Source of the DNA: Malacoraja senta
Taxonomy: Eukaryota
Assembly (NCBI GenBank): GCA_038087875.1
Contig: CM075995.1
Coordinates: 6,450,001-6,514,000 of the forward strand
Direction of reading: 5' to 3'
DNA: 64,000 nt
The notes under the pieces are model-generated. The model did not search any database. It was not told where the DNA came from and saw only the letters and a list, made by a program, of their open reading frames with translations. The number at the start of each line of letters is the position of its first letter. The stretch's first letter is position 1. The position numbers and the translations under genes are program-made. Positions 24,368-34,822 of the stretch are shown piece after piece.

Positions 24368-26352
24368 CAATAGACAATAGGCGCAGGAGTTGGCCATTCG
24401 GCCCTTCGAGCCAGCACCACCATTCACTGTGATCATGGCTGATCATCCACAATTAGTACCCCGTTCCTGCCTTCTCCCCATATCCCCTGACTCCGCTATC
24501 TTTAAGAGCCCTATCAAGCTCTCTCTTGAAAGTATCCAGAGAACAAGAGGGAAAAGGGAAAGTACAACGGGATCTGGGGGTCTTTGTACATCAGTCTATG
24601 AAAGTAAGCATGCAGGTACAGCAGGCAGTGAAGAAAGCGAATGGCATGTTGGCCTTTATAACAAGGGGAATCGAATATAGGAGCAAAGAGGTCCTTCTGC
24701 AGTTGTACAGAGCCCTAGTGAGACCACACCTGGAGTATTGTGTGCAGTTTTGTTCCCCTAATTTGAGGAAGGACATTCTTGCTATTGAAGGAGTGCAGCG
24801 TAGGTTTACAAGGTTAATTCCCGGGATGGCGAGACTGTCATATGCTGAGAGAATGGAGCAGCTGGGCTTGCACACTCTGGAGTTTAGAAGGATGAGAGGA
24901 TATCTCATTGAAACATAAAAGATTGTTAAGGGTTTGGACACGCTAGAGGCAATAGCAAGAATGTCCTTCTTCAAATTAGGGGACCAAAACTGCACACAAT
25001 ACAGCAGGTGTGGTCTCACTAGGGCCATATACAACTGCAGAAGGACCTCTTTGCCCCTATACTCAACTCCTCTTGTTATGAAGTCCAACATGCCATTCAC
25101 TTTCTTCACTGCCTGCTATACCTGCATGCTTACTTTCATTGACTGATGAACAATGACCCCCCAGATCACGTTGTACTTCCTCTTTTCCCAACTTGACACC
25201 ATTTAAATAATAATCTGCCTTCCTGTTTTTGCTACCAAAGTGGATAACCTCACATTTAACCCACATTAAACTGCATCTGCCATGCTTCTGCCCACTCACC
25301 CAACCTGTCAAAGTCACTCTGCATTCTCATAACATCCTCCTCACAGTTCACACTGCCACCCAGCTTTGTGTCATCAGCAAATTTGCTAATGTTACTTTGA
25401 ATCCCTTCATCCAAATCATTGATGTATATTGTAAATAGCTGCAGTCCCAGCACCGAGCCTTGCAGTACCCCACTAATCACTGCCTGCAATTCTGAAAGGG
25501 GCCCATTCTTTGTTTCCTGTCTGCCAACCAATTTTCTATCCATGTCAGCACTCTACCCCCAATACAATCTGCCCTAATTTTGCCCACTAATCTCCTATGT
25601 AGGACCTTATCAAATGTTTTCTGAAAGTCCAGGTACACTACATCTACTGGCTCCACCTTGTCCATTTTCCTAGTTACATCCTTAAATATTCCAAAAGATT
25701 AGTCAAGCATGATTTCCCCTTCGTAAATCCATGCTGACTTGGACCGATCCTGTGACTGCTATCCAAATGTGCCGCTATTTCATCTTTTATGATTGGCTCC
25801 AGCATCTTCCCCACCACCGATGTCAGGCTAACTGGTCTATAATTGCCTGTTTTCTCTCTCCTGCCTTTCTTAAAAAGTGGGATAACATTAGTAGGCCCCC
25901 CTCGGTCATGACTGACCATGGGTGATGCATCCTGGTCGGATGCAAGCCTGGGCGATGTCATATGGAGGACAGGCTGTTGTCCATGCAGCACGTCCCCCCT
26001 CTCCACGTCGCTGATCGATCCAAAGGAACAGCAGGGCTGTTACAATTTGGCACCAGCGCCGTCGCAGGAGCTGCCAGAGCGAGGTTGTAGACAACGACGA
26101 ACTGCCTTAGGGGCTCCGACTCCGGATTTACTTGAGGTTTACTCCAGGAGCCTTTTCCATGACTGGATATGGCCACAAGGCAGTGGATGTTTTAAATCAG
26201 AGTTTTCCCTCTCCTAGATGGACTGCCTTCCCAGGCTGACGAACCCCATCTGCCCGAGACTCGTGGGGGGCGGGAGCGTCTACCTTCCCATGCAGATCTA
26301 TAGCACCTGCCCACTGATTAACATTAGCTGCCCTCCAATCCACAGGAACTGT
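24368..26352 (-). mobile_element. Rearranged CR1 LINE with an inverted internal segment (24549-24948, +) and a nested insert (25892-26318)
   Basis: RT motifs NYRPVSLTSVVGK, VYLDFQK, ISKFADDTKL on the minus strand; 3' tail at 24368-24545. Confidence 0.88.
25892..26318 (-). mobile_element. Non-coding GC-rich retroposon, probably RTE-derived non-autonomous
   Basis: 9-bp TSD taacattag at 25883-25891 and 26319-26327 interrupting the CR1 RT; no TIRs; minus-strand GGCAGTCCATCTAGGAGAGGGAAAACTCTG resembles RTE 5' UTR sequence from memory. Confidence 0.6.
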
Positions 26353-27202
26353 TTGGCGCAGCACGGTGGCGCAGCGATAGTGTTGCTGCCTTACAGCATT
26401 TACAGCGCCAGAGACCTGTGTTCAATCCTGGCTACGGGTGCTGTCTGTAAGGAGTTGGTACGTTCTCCCTGTGACCTGCGTGGGTTTTCTCCCGAGAACA
26501 TCGGTTTCCTCCCACACTTTAAGGTTGTACAAGTTTGTTGGTTAATTGGCTTGGTGTAAATGTAAATAATGACCCTCGTGTAGAATAGTGTCAGTGTGCG
26601 GGGATCACTGGTTGGCGCGGACTCGATGGGGCTGTCTTTCCACACTGTATATCTGAACTAAACCAAAACCAAACTGTCGAGTTTTACAGATTTGAAAGTT
26701 GGACTTTCTGTTGGACTAAATATTCTCCTGGAACACGACCTCTTGCTCTTGTACTGCATCGAGAAGTCCCAGAATGCAGATTATTACCGTTCCATTTAGG
26801 GAAAGTGGAAAATCACGTACAACAAAAGAAGCACTTATTTTTTAAACCAAGATTATTTTTTTGTCATACGTCCCAGACAGAACAATGAAATTCTTACTTG
26901 CAGCAGCACAACATAATATGTGTGTGTGTGTGTGTGTGTAGGGAGAGATATGTAATATGTGTGTGTATATACACATATATATTATATACAGTACATTCAA
27001 AAAGTATTCAGACCCCTTCACCTTTTCCACATTTTGTTACGTTACAGGCTTATTTTAAAATTGATTAAATTCATTTTTATCATCAATCTACACACAATAC
27101 CCCAGAATGAAGAAGCGAAAACAGGCGTTTAGACATTTTTGCAAAGTAATTAAAAAGAAACAACTGAAATATCACATTTACATAAGTATTCAGACCCTTT
27201 AC

Positions 27203-28174
27203 TCAGTACTTTGTTGAGGCACCTTTGGCAGCGATTACAGCCTCAAGTCTTCTTGGGTATGACGCTACAAGCTTGGCACCCCTGAATATGGGTAATTTCT
27301 CCCATTCTTCTCTGCAGATCCTCTCAAGCTCTGTCAGGTTGGATGGGGAAACTCGATGCACAGCTATTTTCAGGTCCCTCCAGGGATGTTCGATCGGGTT
27401 CAAGTCCGGGCCCCTTCAGGACATTCACAGACTGGTCATGAAGCCGCTCCTGCGTTGTCTTGGCTGTGTGCTTAGGGTCGTTGTCCTGTTGGAAGGTGAA
27501 CCTCCGCCCCAGTCTGAGGTCCAGAACGCTCTGGAGCAGGTTTTCATCAAGGATCTCTGTACTTTGCTCCATTCGTTCGATCGATCCTGACTAGTCTCCC
27601 AGTTCCTGCCGCTGAAAAAGATCCCCACAGCATGATGGTGCCACCACCATGCTTCACCGTAGGTATGGTATTGGCCAGGTGTTGAGCGGTGCCTGGTTTC
27701 TTCCAGATGTGACGCTTGGCATTCAGGCCAAAGAGTTCAATCTTAGTTTCATCAGACCAGAGAATCTTGTTTCTCATGGTCTGAGAGTCCTTTAGGTGCC
27801 TTTTCGCAAACTCCAAGCGGGCTGTTATGTGCCTTTTACTGAGGAGTGGCTTCTGTCTGGCCACCACCAAAAAGGTGCTGCAGATATAGTTGTTCTTCTG
27901 GAAGGTTCTCCCATCTGCACAGAGGAACTCTGGAGCTCTGTCAAAGTGACCATCGGTTTCTTGGTCACCTCCCTGACCAAGGCCTACTCCCCCGATTGTT
28001 CAGTTTGGCCGAGCGGCCAGCTCATTGAAGAGTCCTGGTGGTTCCAAAGTTCTTCCATTTAAGAATGACGGGAGGCCACTGTGCTCTTCGGGACCTGCAA
28101 TGCTGCAGAAATTGTTTTATACCCTTCCCCCAGATCTGTGTCTCGACACAATCCCGTCTCGGAGGTCTCTCTAT
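27203..28174 (-). pseudogene. Degenerate Tc1 DDE transposase
   Basis: ILWSDETKIELFG, TVKHGGGTIMLWG, FQQDNDPKH, NPIEHPW, AKGASTKY-stop spread over several frames; start codon region appears mutated or deleted. Confidence 0.92.
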
Positions 28175-28448
28175 GGCTTGGTTTTTGCTCTGACATGCAC
28201 TGTCAACTGTAGGACTTTATATAGACAGGCGTGTGCCTTTCCAAATCATGTCCAATCAATTTAATTTACCACTGGTGGACTCCAATCAAGTTGTGGAAAC
28301 ATCTCAAGGATAATCAATGGAAACAGGATGAACCTAAACTCAATTTTGAGTGTCATAGCAAAGTGTCTGAATACTTATATAAATGTGATATTTCAGTTAT
28401 TTCTTTTTAATTACTTTTCACTTCCTCATTCTGGGGTATTGTGTGTAG

Positions 28449-30197
28449 GTGATGATTAAAAAAATGAATTTACACCCTGATATTCATGGATATAATACTA
28501 AAGACTCATATAATAAAATATCTTTATACGCGGATGATATATTATTGTATATTACAAAACCTCAAATCACTATACCAAATATATTAAATTTAATTGAAGA
28601 CTTCGGATCTTTTTCTGGATATAGAATAAATTGGAATAAAAGTGAAATTATGTCAATAAAACCGAAAGATTCAACACATCTTTTAAAATTCCCTTTTAAA
28701 ATAGCTACAGAAAAATTTAAATATTTGGGAATCGAAATTACCAGAACATATCAAGGTATGTTCAGGGCAAATTTTGACCCCCTACTTAATAAACTAAATA
28801 CATTAATTAAATTCTGGAAAACGCTCCCGATGTCTTTAATAGGCCGAATAAACGCAATAAAAATGATCTTTTTACCACAAATTTTATACCTATTTCAATC
28901 AATTCCTATATACTTACCTAAGAAGTTTTTTAAAAAACTCGACTCAGATATCACTCATTTTATATGGGACCATAAATCGCATAGAATACAAAAAACCCAT
29001 CTGAATAAACCTAAAGTATTGGGGGGTTTAGCACTACCTAATTTTATGTATTATTATTGGTCAGTAAATATTAAAAACATGATTCAACTGATGGATAACT
29101 CCGCCCAGCAAGTAGACTGGATTGTAATGGAGAAAGAGGATTGCTCCTCTAGAAACATTGGAGCGATCCTCCTCTCTCCAATGAAACTGAATAACATAAA
29201 TTATAATAAGAACCCAATTATTCATAGTACAATCCGTATTTGGAAACAAATAAAACAAAATTTAAAATTAAGAAACTTATCACTTTTATTACCTATAGTC
29301 AATAACCCTTCGTTTAGTCCTTCTATTATAGATAAAGCTTATACACAATGGGATAGACTAGGAATTAAAACGCTTGGTGACTTGTATGAAACTGGAAAAT
29401 TACTTTCATTTCAACAATTACAAATAAAATATAAACTCGGAAATAATCAATATTTTAAATATTTTCAAATATGCGACTATTTGAAAAAATATACAAAAGA
29501 TCATTATAATAATCCAGTAGATGTATTGGACGAGGCAATGCAGATAAAAGCGGAATCAGCAAACTTAATATCATATTTGTATAATATTATTTTAAATGTA
29601 CAAATACCACCTACGGAGGGTATCAGAAGAGACTGGGAACAAGAGTTAGCTATTAAAATTTCAAAGGAAAGTTGGAATGAATACTTATTAAACGTGCATA
29701 AATGCTCGATTAATGTAAGACACACTTTAATACAATTTAAAATTTTACATAGATTATATTATTCGAAAACTAAAATTCATAAAATTTTCCCAAACGTATC
29801 ATCTATTTGTGATAAATGTCAATCCCAAGAAGCAACTATAGCGCACTCATTTGTCTTCTGTACAAAAATTCAAAAATTTTGGAATGAAATTTTTGAAATC
29901 TTTACAAAGTTATTTAAAACAAGACTGATACCCAAAGCAGAATGGATTATCTTCGGAATAACGGAAGATGATCCAGAGCTAAATGTGTTTCAAAAGAAAT
30001 TAATGGACTATGGGTTAATAACTGGAAAAAAGCTAATTCTAAAATTTTGGAAGAAGGCTCCAATACCAACTATAAATATGTGGATTTCAAATATGTTTGA
30101 AACATTACACCTAGAAGAGATAAGACTCCTCCTAGCAGGCAAACCAGATCACTTCCACCTGACGTGGTCTGCATTTATAGAATTATTACAAACATAG
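28449..30197 (+). CDS. L1 ORF2 C-terminal half (RT catalytic region plus C-terminal Cys/His motif), uninterrupted; first ~8 codons come from the Tc1 TIR
   Basis: KISLYADDILLYI, FGSFSGYRINWNKS, FKYLGI, GRINAIKM, GGLALPN, CDKC-x8-H-x4-C. Confidence 0.9.
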   Translation: MMIKKMNLHPDIHGYNTKDSYNKISLYADDILLYITKPQITIPNILNLIEDFGSFSGYRINWNKSEIMSIKPKDSTHLLKFPFKIATEKFKYLGIEITRTYQGMFRANFDPLLNKLNTLIKFWKTLPMSLIGRINAIKMIFLPQILYLFQSIPIYLPKKFFKKLDSDITHFIWDHKSHRIQKTHLNKPKVLGGLALPNFMYYYWSVNIKNMIQLMDNSAQQVDWIVMEKEDCSSRNIGAILLSPMKLNNINYNKNPIIHSTIRIWKQIKQNLKLRNLSLLLPIVNNPSFSPSIIDKAYTQWDRLGIKTLGDLYETGKLLSFQQLQIKYKLGNNQYFKYFQICDYLKKYTKDHYNNPVDVLDEAMQIKAESANLISYLYNIILNVQIPPTEGIRRDWEQELAIKISKESWNEYLLNVHKCSINVRHTLIQFKILHRLYYSKTKIHKIFPNVSSICDKCQSQEATIAHSFVFCTKIQKFWNEIFEIFTKLFKTRLIPKAEWIIFGITEDDPELNVFQKKLMDYGLITGKKLILKFWKKAPIPTINMWISNMFETLHLEEIRLLLAGKPDHFHLTWSAFIELLQT

Positions 30198-30617
30198 GGT
30201 GCAAAAGTACTTTAAAAAAATAAAAAATTGAGGTCAGGTAAGGGGGGATGATAGTTGAAGAGTTGGTATGTCCTATTTACGTGATGCTCAAAAAAAAAAA
30301 ACATTTGTTTTTCTTTTTTTCTCTTTCTCTTTTCTTTTCTTAGTGCCTATTTCTTAACTCTTTTTCTTTTTGTTTTTAATTTCGCTCATAGGGTCTTCGT
30401 CCTTTTTTGTTGTTACATTTTCTACACTTTTCTACACTTGCACTTTTTCCTTCACTTTCTTCTTTCTTTCAATCTTTTCCTTTTCTAGTGTAAAAAAATA
30501 AATAAAGGGAGTACATTAATTGTAAGAAGATATAAATGACGAGTATTAATGTATGTGGTTGTAATGTAATGTACTTCTAATAAATAAAAATTAAAAAAAA
30601 AAAAAAAAAAAAAATTT
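28473..30617 (+). mobile_element. L1-clade LINE, 5'-truncated, with 3' UTR and poly(A) tail
   Basis: TSD aaaaaaatgaattta at 28458-28472 and 30618-30632, first copy preceded by TT (TT/AAAA L1 endonuclease site); aataaa at 30579; poly(A) 30593-30614. Confidence 0.95.
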
Positions 30618-30710
30618 AAAAAAATGAATTTAATCCATTTTTAAATAAGGCTGTAACGTAACAAAATGTGGAAACTGTGAAGGGTCTGAATACTTTCTGA
30701 ATGCACTGTA

Positions 30711-31170
30711 TATACACACACATACACAAAAACAAACAAACAATAATAGGGCGAAAAGTCCAAACCAATGCCCTTAAGTCAAAGTTCAGAGTTTATTCAA
30801 GGTTGAAGTGTTTAATAACCTGATGGCTGTAGGGAAGAAGTTGTTCCTGAATCTGGACGTTACAGTTTTCAGACTCCTGTACCTTCTTCCCGATGGCAGG
30901 AATGAAATGAGAGCGTGGCCAGGGTGGTGTGGGTCTCTGATGATGCTGATTGCCCTTTGAGGCAGCGACTCCTGTAGGTCCCTTCGATGGTGGGGAGGTC
31001 AGTACCCGTAATGGACTGGGCAGTGTTTACAACTTATTGCAGTCTTCTTTGCTCCTGGGCGTTCGAGTTGCCGAATCAGGCCGTGATTCAACCAGTCAAT
31101 ATGCTCTCTACTGTACACCTGTAGAAGTTCAAGAGAGTCCTCTCTGACACACCGAATCTCCGCAATCTTC
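30711..31170 (-). mobile_element. Rex/Babar-type LINE hosting the Tc1; its 3' UTR continues at 26850-26988
   Basis: Same family as 15712-16172 (VTSRFRNNFFPTAIRLLN); tail aatgaaattcttacttgcagcagcac lies left of the Tc1. Confidence 0.75.
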
Positions 31171-33539
31171 TATTGCTGTTGAGTGGTGATGGATTTAAAA
31201 AAATTTAGCTAGCTGGAAAAGGTGCAGTGAAGGTTAACAAGAATGCTGCCAGGATTCGAGGGTCTGAGGACATAGGTTTAAGGTGACGGGGAAAAGATTG
31301 AGTAGGAATCTGATGGGAAACTTTTTTACTCAAAGGGTGGTGGGTGTACGGAACAAGCTGCCAGAGGAGGTAGTGAGGCAGGAACTATGGAAGCGTTTAA
31401 GAAACAGTTCTAGCCAAGTACATGGATGGGACAGGTTTGGAGGGCTATGGGCCAAACGCAGGCAGGTGGGACTAGTGTAGCTGGGACATGTTGGTCGATG
31501 TGGGCAAGTTGGGCCGAGGGGCCTGTTTTCACACTGTATCACTCTATGTCTGCAGCTTGATCCGGGATAAATAACTGCTGCAAACATTTGCAGAATCAGG
31601 CAGCATCTGTTGAGAGACCAATTATTGCCTGAAATTGCTGACTTTGCGATTCTGATGCCGTATCATTGGCCGAATGTGCTGTAAAACGATTCTCTTGCCG
31701 TTGATGTTAATTTGCTGCTGAGTGTTCTCTGCATTTTTTGGACCCTTCTCTGATTTCCACCACCTGCTGTCTGCTGCCCCAATAAAGTATCTCTGCCTCT
31801 CGGCATGGTGGCGCAGCGGTAGAGTTGCTGCCTCACAGCGCCAGAGACCCGGGTTAGGTCCTGACTACGGGTGCTTGTCTGTACGGAGTTTGTACGCTCT
31901 CCCCGTGACCACGTGGGTTTTCTCCGGTTTCCTCCCACATTCCAAAGACATGCAGGGTTATAGACAATAGGCGCAGGGGTAGGCCATTCGGCCCCTCGAG
32001 GCAGCACCGCCATTCACTGTCATCATGGCTGATCATTGGCTTCTGTAAATTGGGTGTAGGAAATACAATTAGAGTATCGCTGATCGGCACTGACTCGGCG
32101 GGCTCCTTCGATGGTGGATCTCACACTGTATCTTTAAGATCTAAAGTACATAATCCATATCCCTCCATTCCCTGCATATCCATGAGCGAAACAGACTGGT
32201 TCCACCAAGATGCAGCACAGAACGCCACAGGAGATCCTTCTTCCCTGTGGCTATCAAACTGTACAACTCCTCCCTCTTCTGTCATGGGGTAGACTGAGAC
32301 TGAGACTGACTCCCTCCCCCCTCCCCAATCTTTGCACATCTCCAATCCTTTCCACCCGTCACTTTAATTTCATGTTTCATGTATTTTGTGTTTTTATGAC
32401 TGTTGGCAGATCAATTTCCCTCCTGGGATAAATAAAGTTCTATCGTATCGTATCTATCCAAAAGTCTCTTAAAAGCCACCATCATATCTACCTCCAGGCA
32501 TCCACTCCTTGCCCCGCACTTCTCCTTTAAACGTTTGCCCTTTTCACCTTAAATGAGCACTTCACATAGTTATAGGTGCAGAATTAGGCCATTCAGTCCA
32601 TCAAGTCCACTCCGCCATTCAGTCATGGTTGATCTTTCTCTCCCTCTCAACCCCATTCTCCTGCCTTCTCCCCATAACCCCTGACATCCATACTAATCAA
32701 GAATCTATTCATCTCTGCTTAAAAAAATTCCATTTACTTGGCCTCCAAAGGCATCCACAGATTCACCACCCTCTGATTAAATAAATCTCTCCTCATCTCC
32801 TTTCTAAAGGTAAGTTCTTTTATTCTGAGGCTATGGCCTCTGGTCCTAGACTCTCCCACTAGTGGAAACATCCTCTCCGCGTCGACTCTATCCTTTCACT
32901 ATTCGAGGCAGCCACTCCCTTACCCTGCACATCCCCTTTAAACTTGGCCTCTTTCACCTTAAATGAGCACTTCATTATTTTGTAGTTTAGTTTAGAGATA
33001 CAGCGCAGAAACAGGCACTTGTGCCCACTGAGTCCGTGCCGACCAGCGATCCCCGCACATCAACCCTATCCCACACACACCAGGAGCAATTTAAAATTAT
33101 ATCAAGCCTATTGACCTACAAATCTGCACATCTTTGGACTGTGGGAGGGAACTGGAGAACTCGGAGAAAAGCCACGCAGGTTCGGGGAGAACGTACAAAC
33201 TCCGTGCAGACAGCACCCGTAGTGAGGATCCAACGCGGATCTCTGGTGCTGTGAGGCAGCAACTCTACCGCTACGCCACCGTGCCGCCGTAGTAAATATG
33301 TCGTACAACATGCAATCTACCTCTACAAAAAAAGTACTGTTGCTCCTCAGAAATGGGAATGGAGCGGCTGATTATAAAATCCCCGTTGTGAACTGTGTCA
33401 AGCAGTGCCACGGTAAAACATGCAGTCTTTCTGGCTGGCTCTTTGTTAAGGAATGTACGAGCTGACCTCTGCTTTTGGTGCAACCTGTTTCTTGTAAAGC
33501 AGTTGAAGACAGCTTTATGGAGGGTGATCAGCGTACTTA

Positions 33540-33766
33540 TGGGCCTGTCCCACTTAGGTGATTTTCTGAGCGACTACAGGCGACTGCTGCAAAATCTTCA
33601 ACATGTTGAAAAATATTTGGTGGCAGTGGCAACAATTTTTGCTGTCGTAGGTTGTTGTAGGTTGACGTAAGTGTTGTCGTAGTTGCTATCGTAGGTTGTC
33701 GCCAGGTGTCGTTGGTGAATTCCATTAAAACTAGTCCCTGGCAGTCGCCTAAGTGGGACAGGCCCA
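33540..33766. mobile_element. PIF/Harbinger (Tourist-like) MITE, 227 bp
   Basis: TIRs tgggcctgtcccacttagg(t/c)ga at both ends; 3-bp TSD TTA at 33537-33539 and 33767-33769. Confidence 0.88.
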
Positions 33767-34135
33767 TTACTGATATCTAACACTTGGTTTAGTTTAGGTT
33801 AGGTTAGAGATACAGCGCAGTAACAGGCCCTTAGACCCACCGTGTCCGTGCCGACCAGCGATCACCCTGTACACTAACACTATTCTACACACACTGGGGA
33901 CAATATACAATTTTACCAAAACCAATTTGCCTACAAACCCGTACGTCTTTTTAGTGTGGGAGGAAACCGAAGATCTCGGAGAAAACCCACGCGGTCACGG
34001 GGTTCGACGAGACAGCACCCGTAGTCAGGATCGAACCGGGGTCTCCGGCACTGTGAGGCAGCAACTCTACCGCTGCACCACCGTGCTGCCCCTTTAGGCA
34101 CATCACGAGCTCCATGCTTGTGTTTAGTTGGTGAG

Positions 34136-34180
<45 letters not shown>

Positions 34181-34684
34181 TTCTTGTTAGCAAACCAGCT
34201 TTGGGTTGGTGAAGATAGACACAAAATGCTGGAGTAACTCAGCGGATCAGGCATCATCTCTGGAGAAAAGGAATAAGTGGCGTTTCGGGTTGAGACCCTT
34301 CAGACTGAGAGTCTGGGAAAAAGGGGAACGAGAGACATAGTTTCAGTTTAGTTTATTGTCACGTGTTGTGTGCTAACCAGTCAGAGGAAAGACAATACAT
34401 GATTACAATCGAGCTATCCACAGTGTACTGATGCTGAGTCCGTGCCGGCCAGCAATCCGTAGAGGTAAATGCCGACCCCGAAATTTGCCATTACGAGGGG
34501 TGCCTTCATAACTGTGCAGGAAGGAACCGCAGATGCTGGTTGACACCGAAGATAGACACAAATTGCTGGAGTAAGTCAGTGGGTCAGGCAGCATCTCTGG
34601 AGAGAAGGAATATGTAGATGGGATATGTTAGCTGGTGTGGGCAAGTTGTGTTGAAGAGCCTGTATCAAACAGCTAACAATGGTC

Positions 34685-34822
34685 GGTAGACAAAGGTGCT
34701 GGAGAAACTCAGCGGGTGCAGCAGCATCTTTCCTTCGCACCATAGATGCTGCTGCACCCACTGAGTTTCTCCAGCACTTTTGTCTACCTTCGATTTTCCA
34801 GCATCTGCAGTTCCTTCTTAAA
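34685..34822 (+). mobile_element. Penelope pLTR-derived fold-back insert
   Basis: 14-bp TSD agctaacaatggtc at 34671-34684 and 34823-34836; 45-bp inverted arms at 34685-34729 and 34744-34788. Confidence 0.85.

Larger units (their letters stand above)
26989..30708 (-). mobile_element. Tc1/mariner DNA transposon of IR/DR type, interrupted by an L1
   Basis: TA TSDs at 26987-26988 and 30709-30710; termini cagtacattcaaaaagtattcagaccc and gggtctgaatactttctgaatgcactg; ~210-bp TIRs each with two copies of aagtattcagac. Confidence 0.95.
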
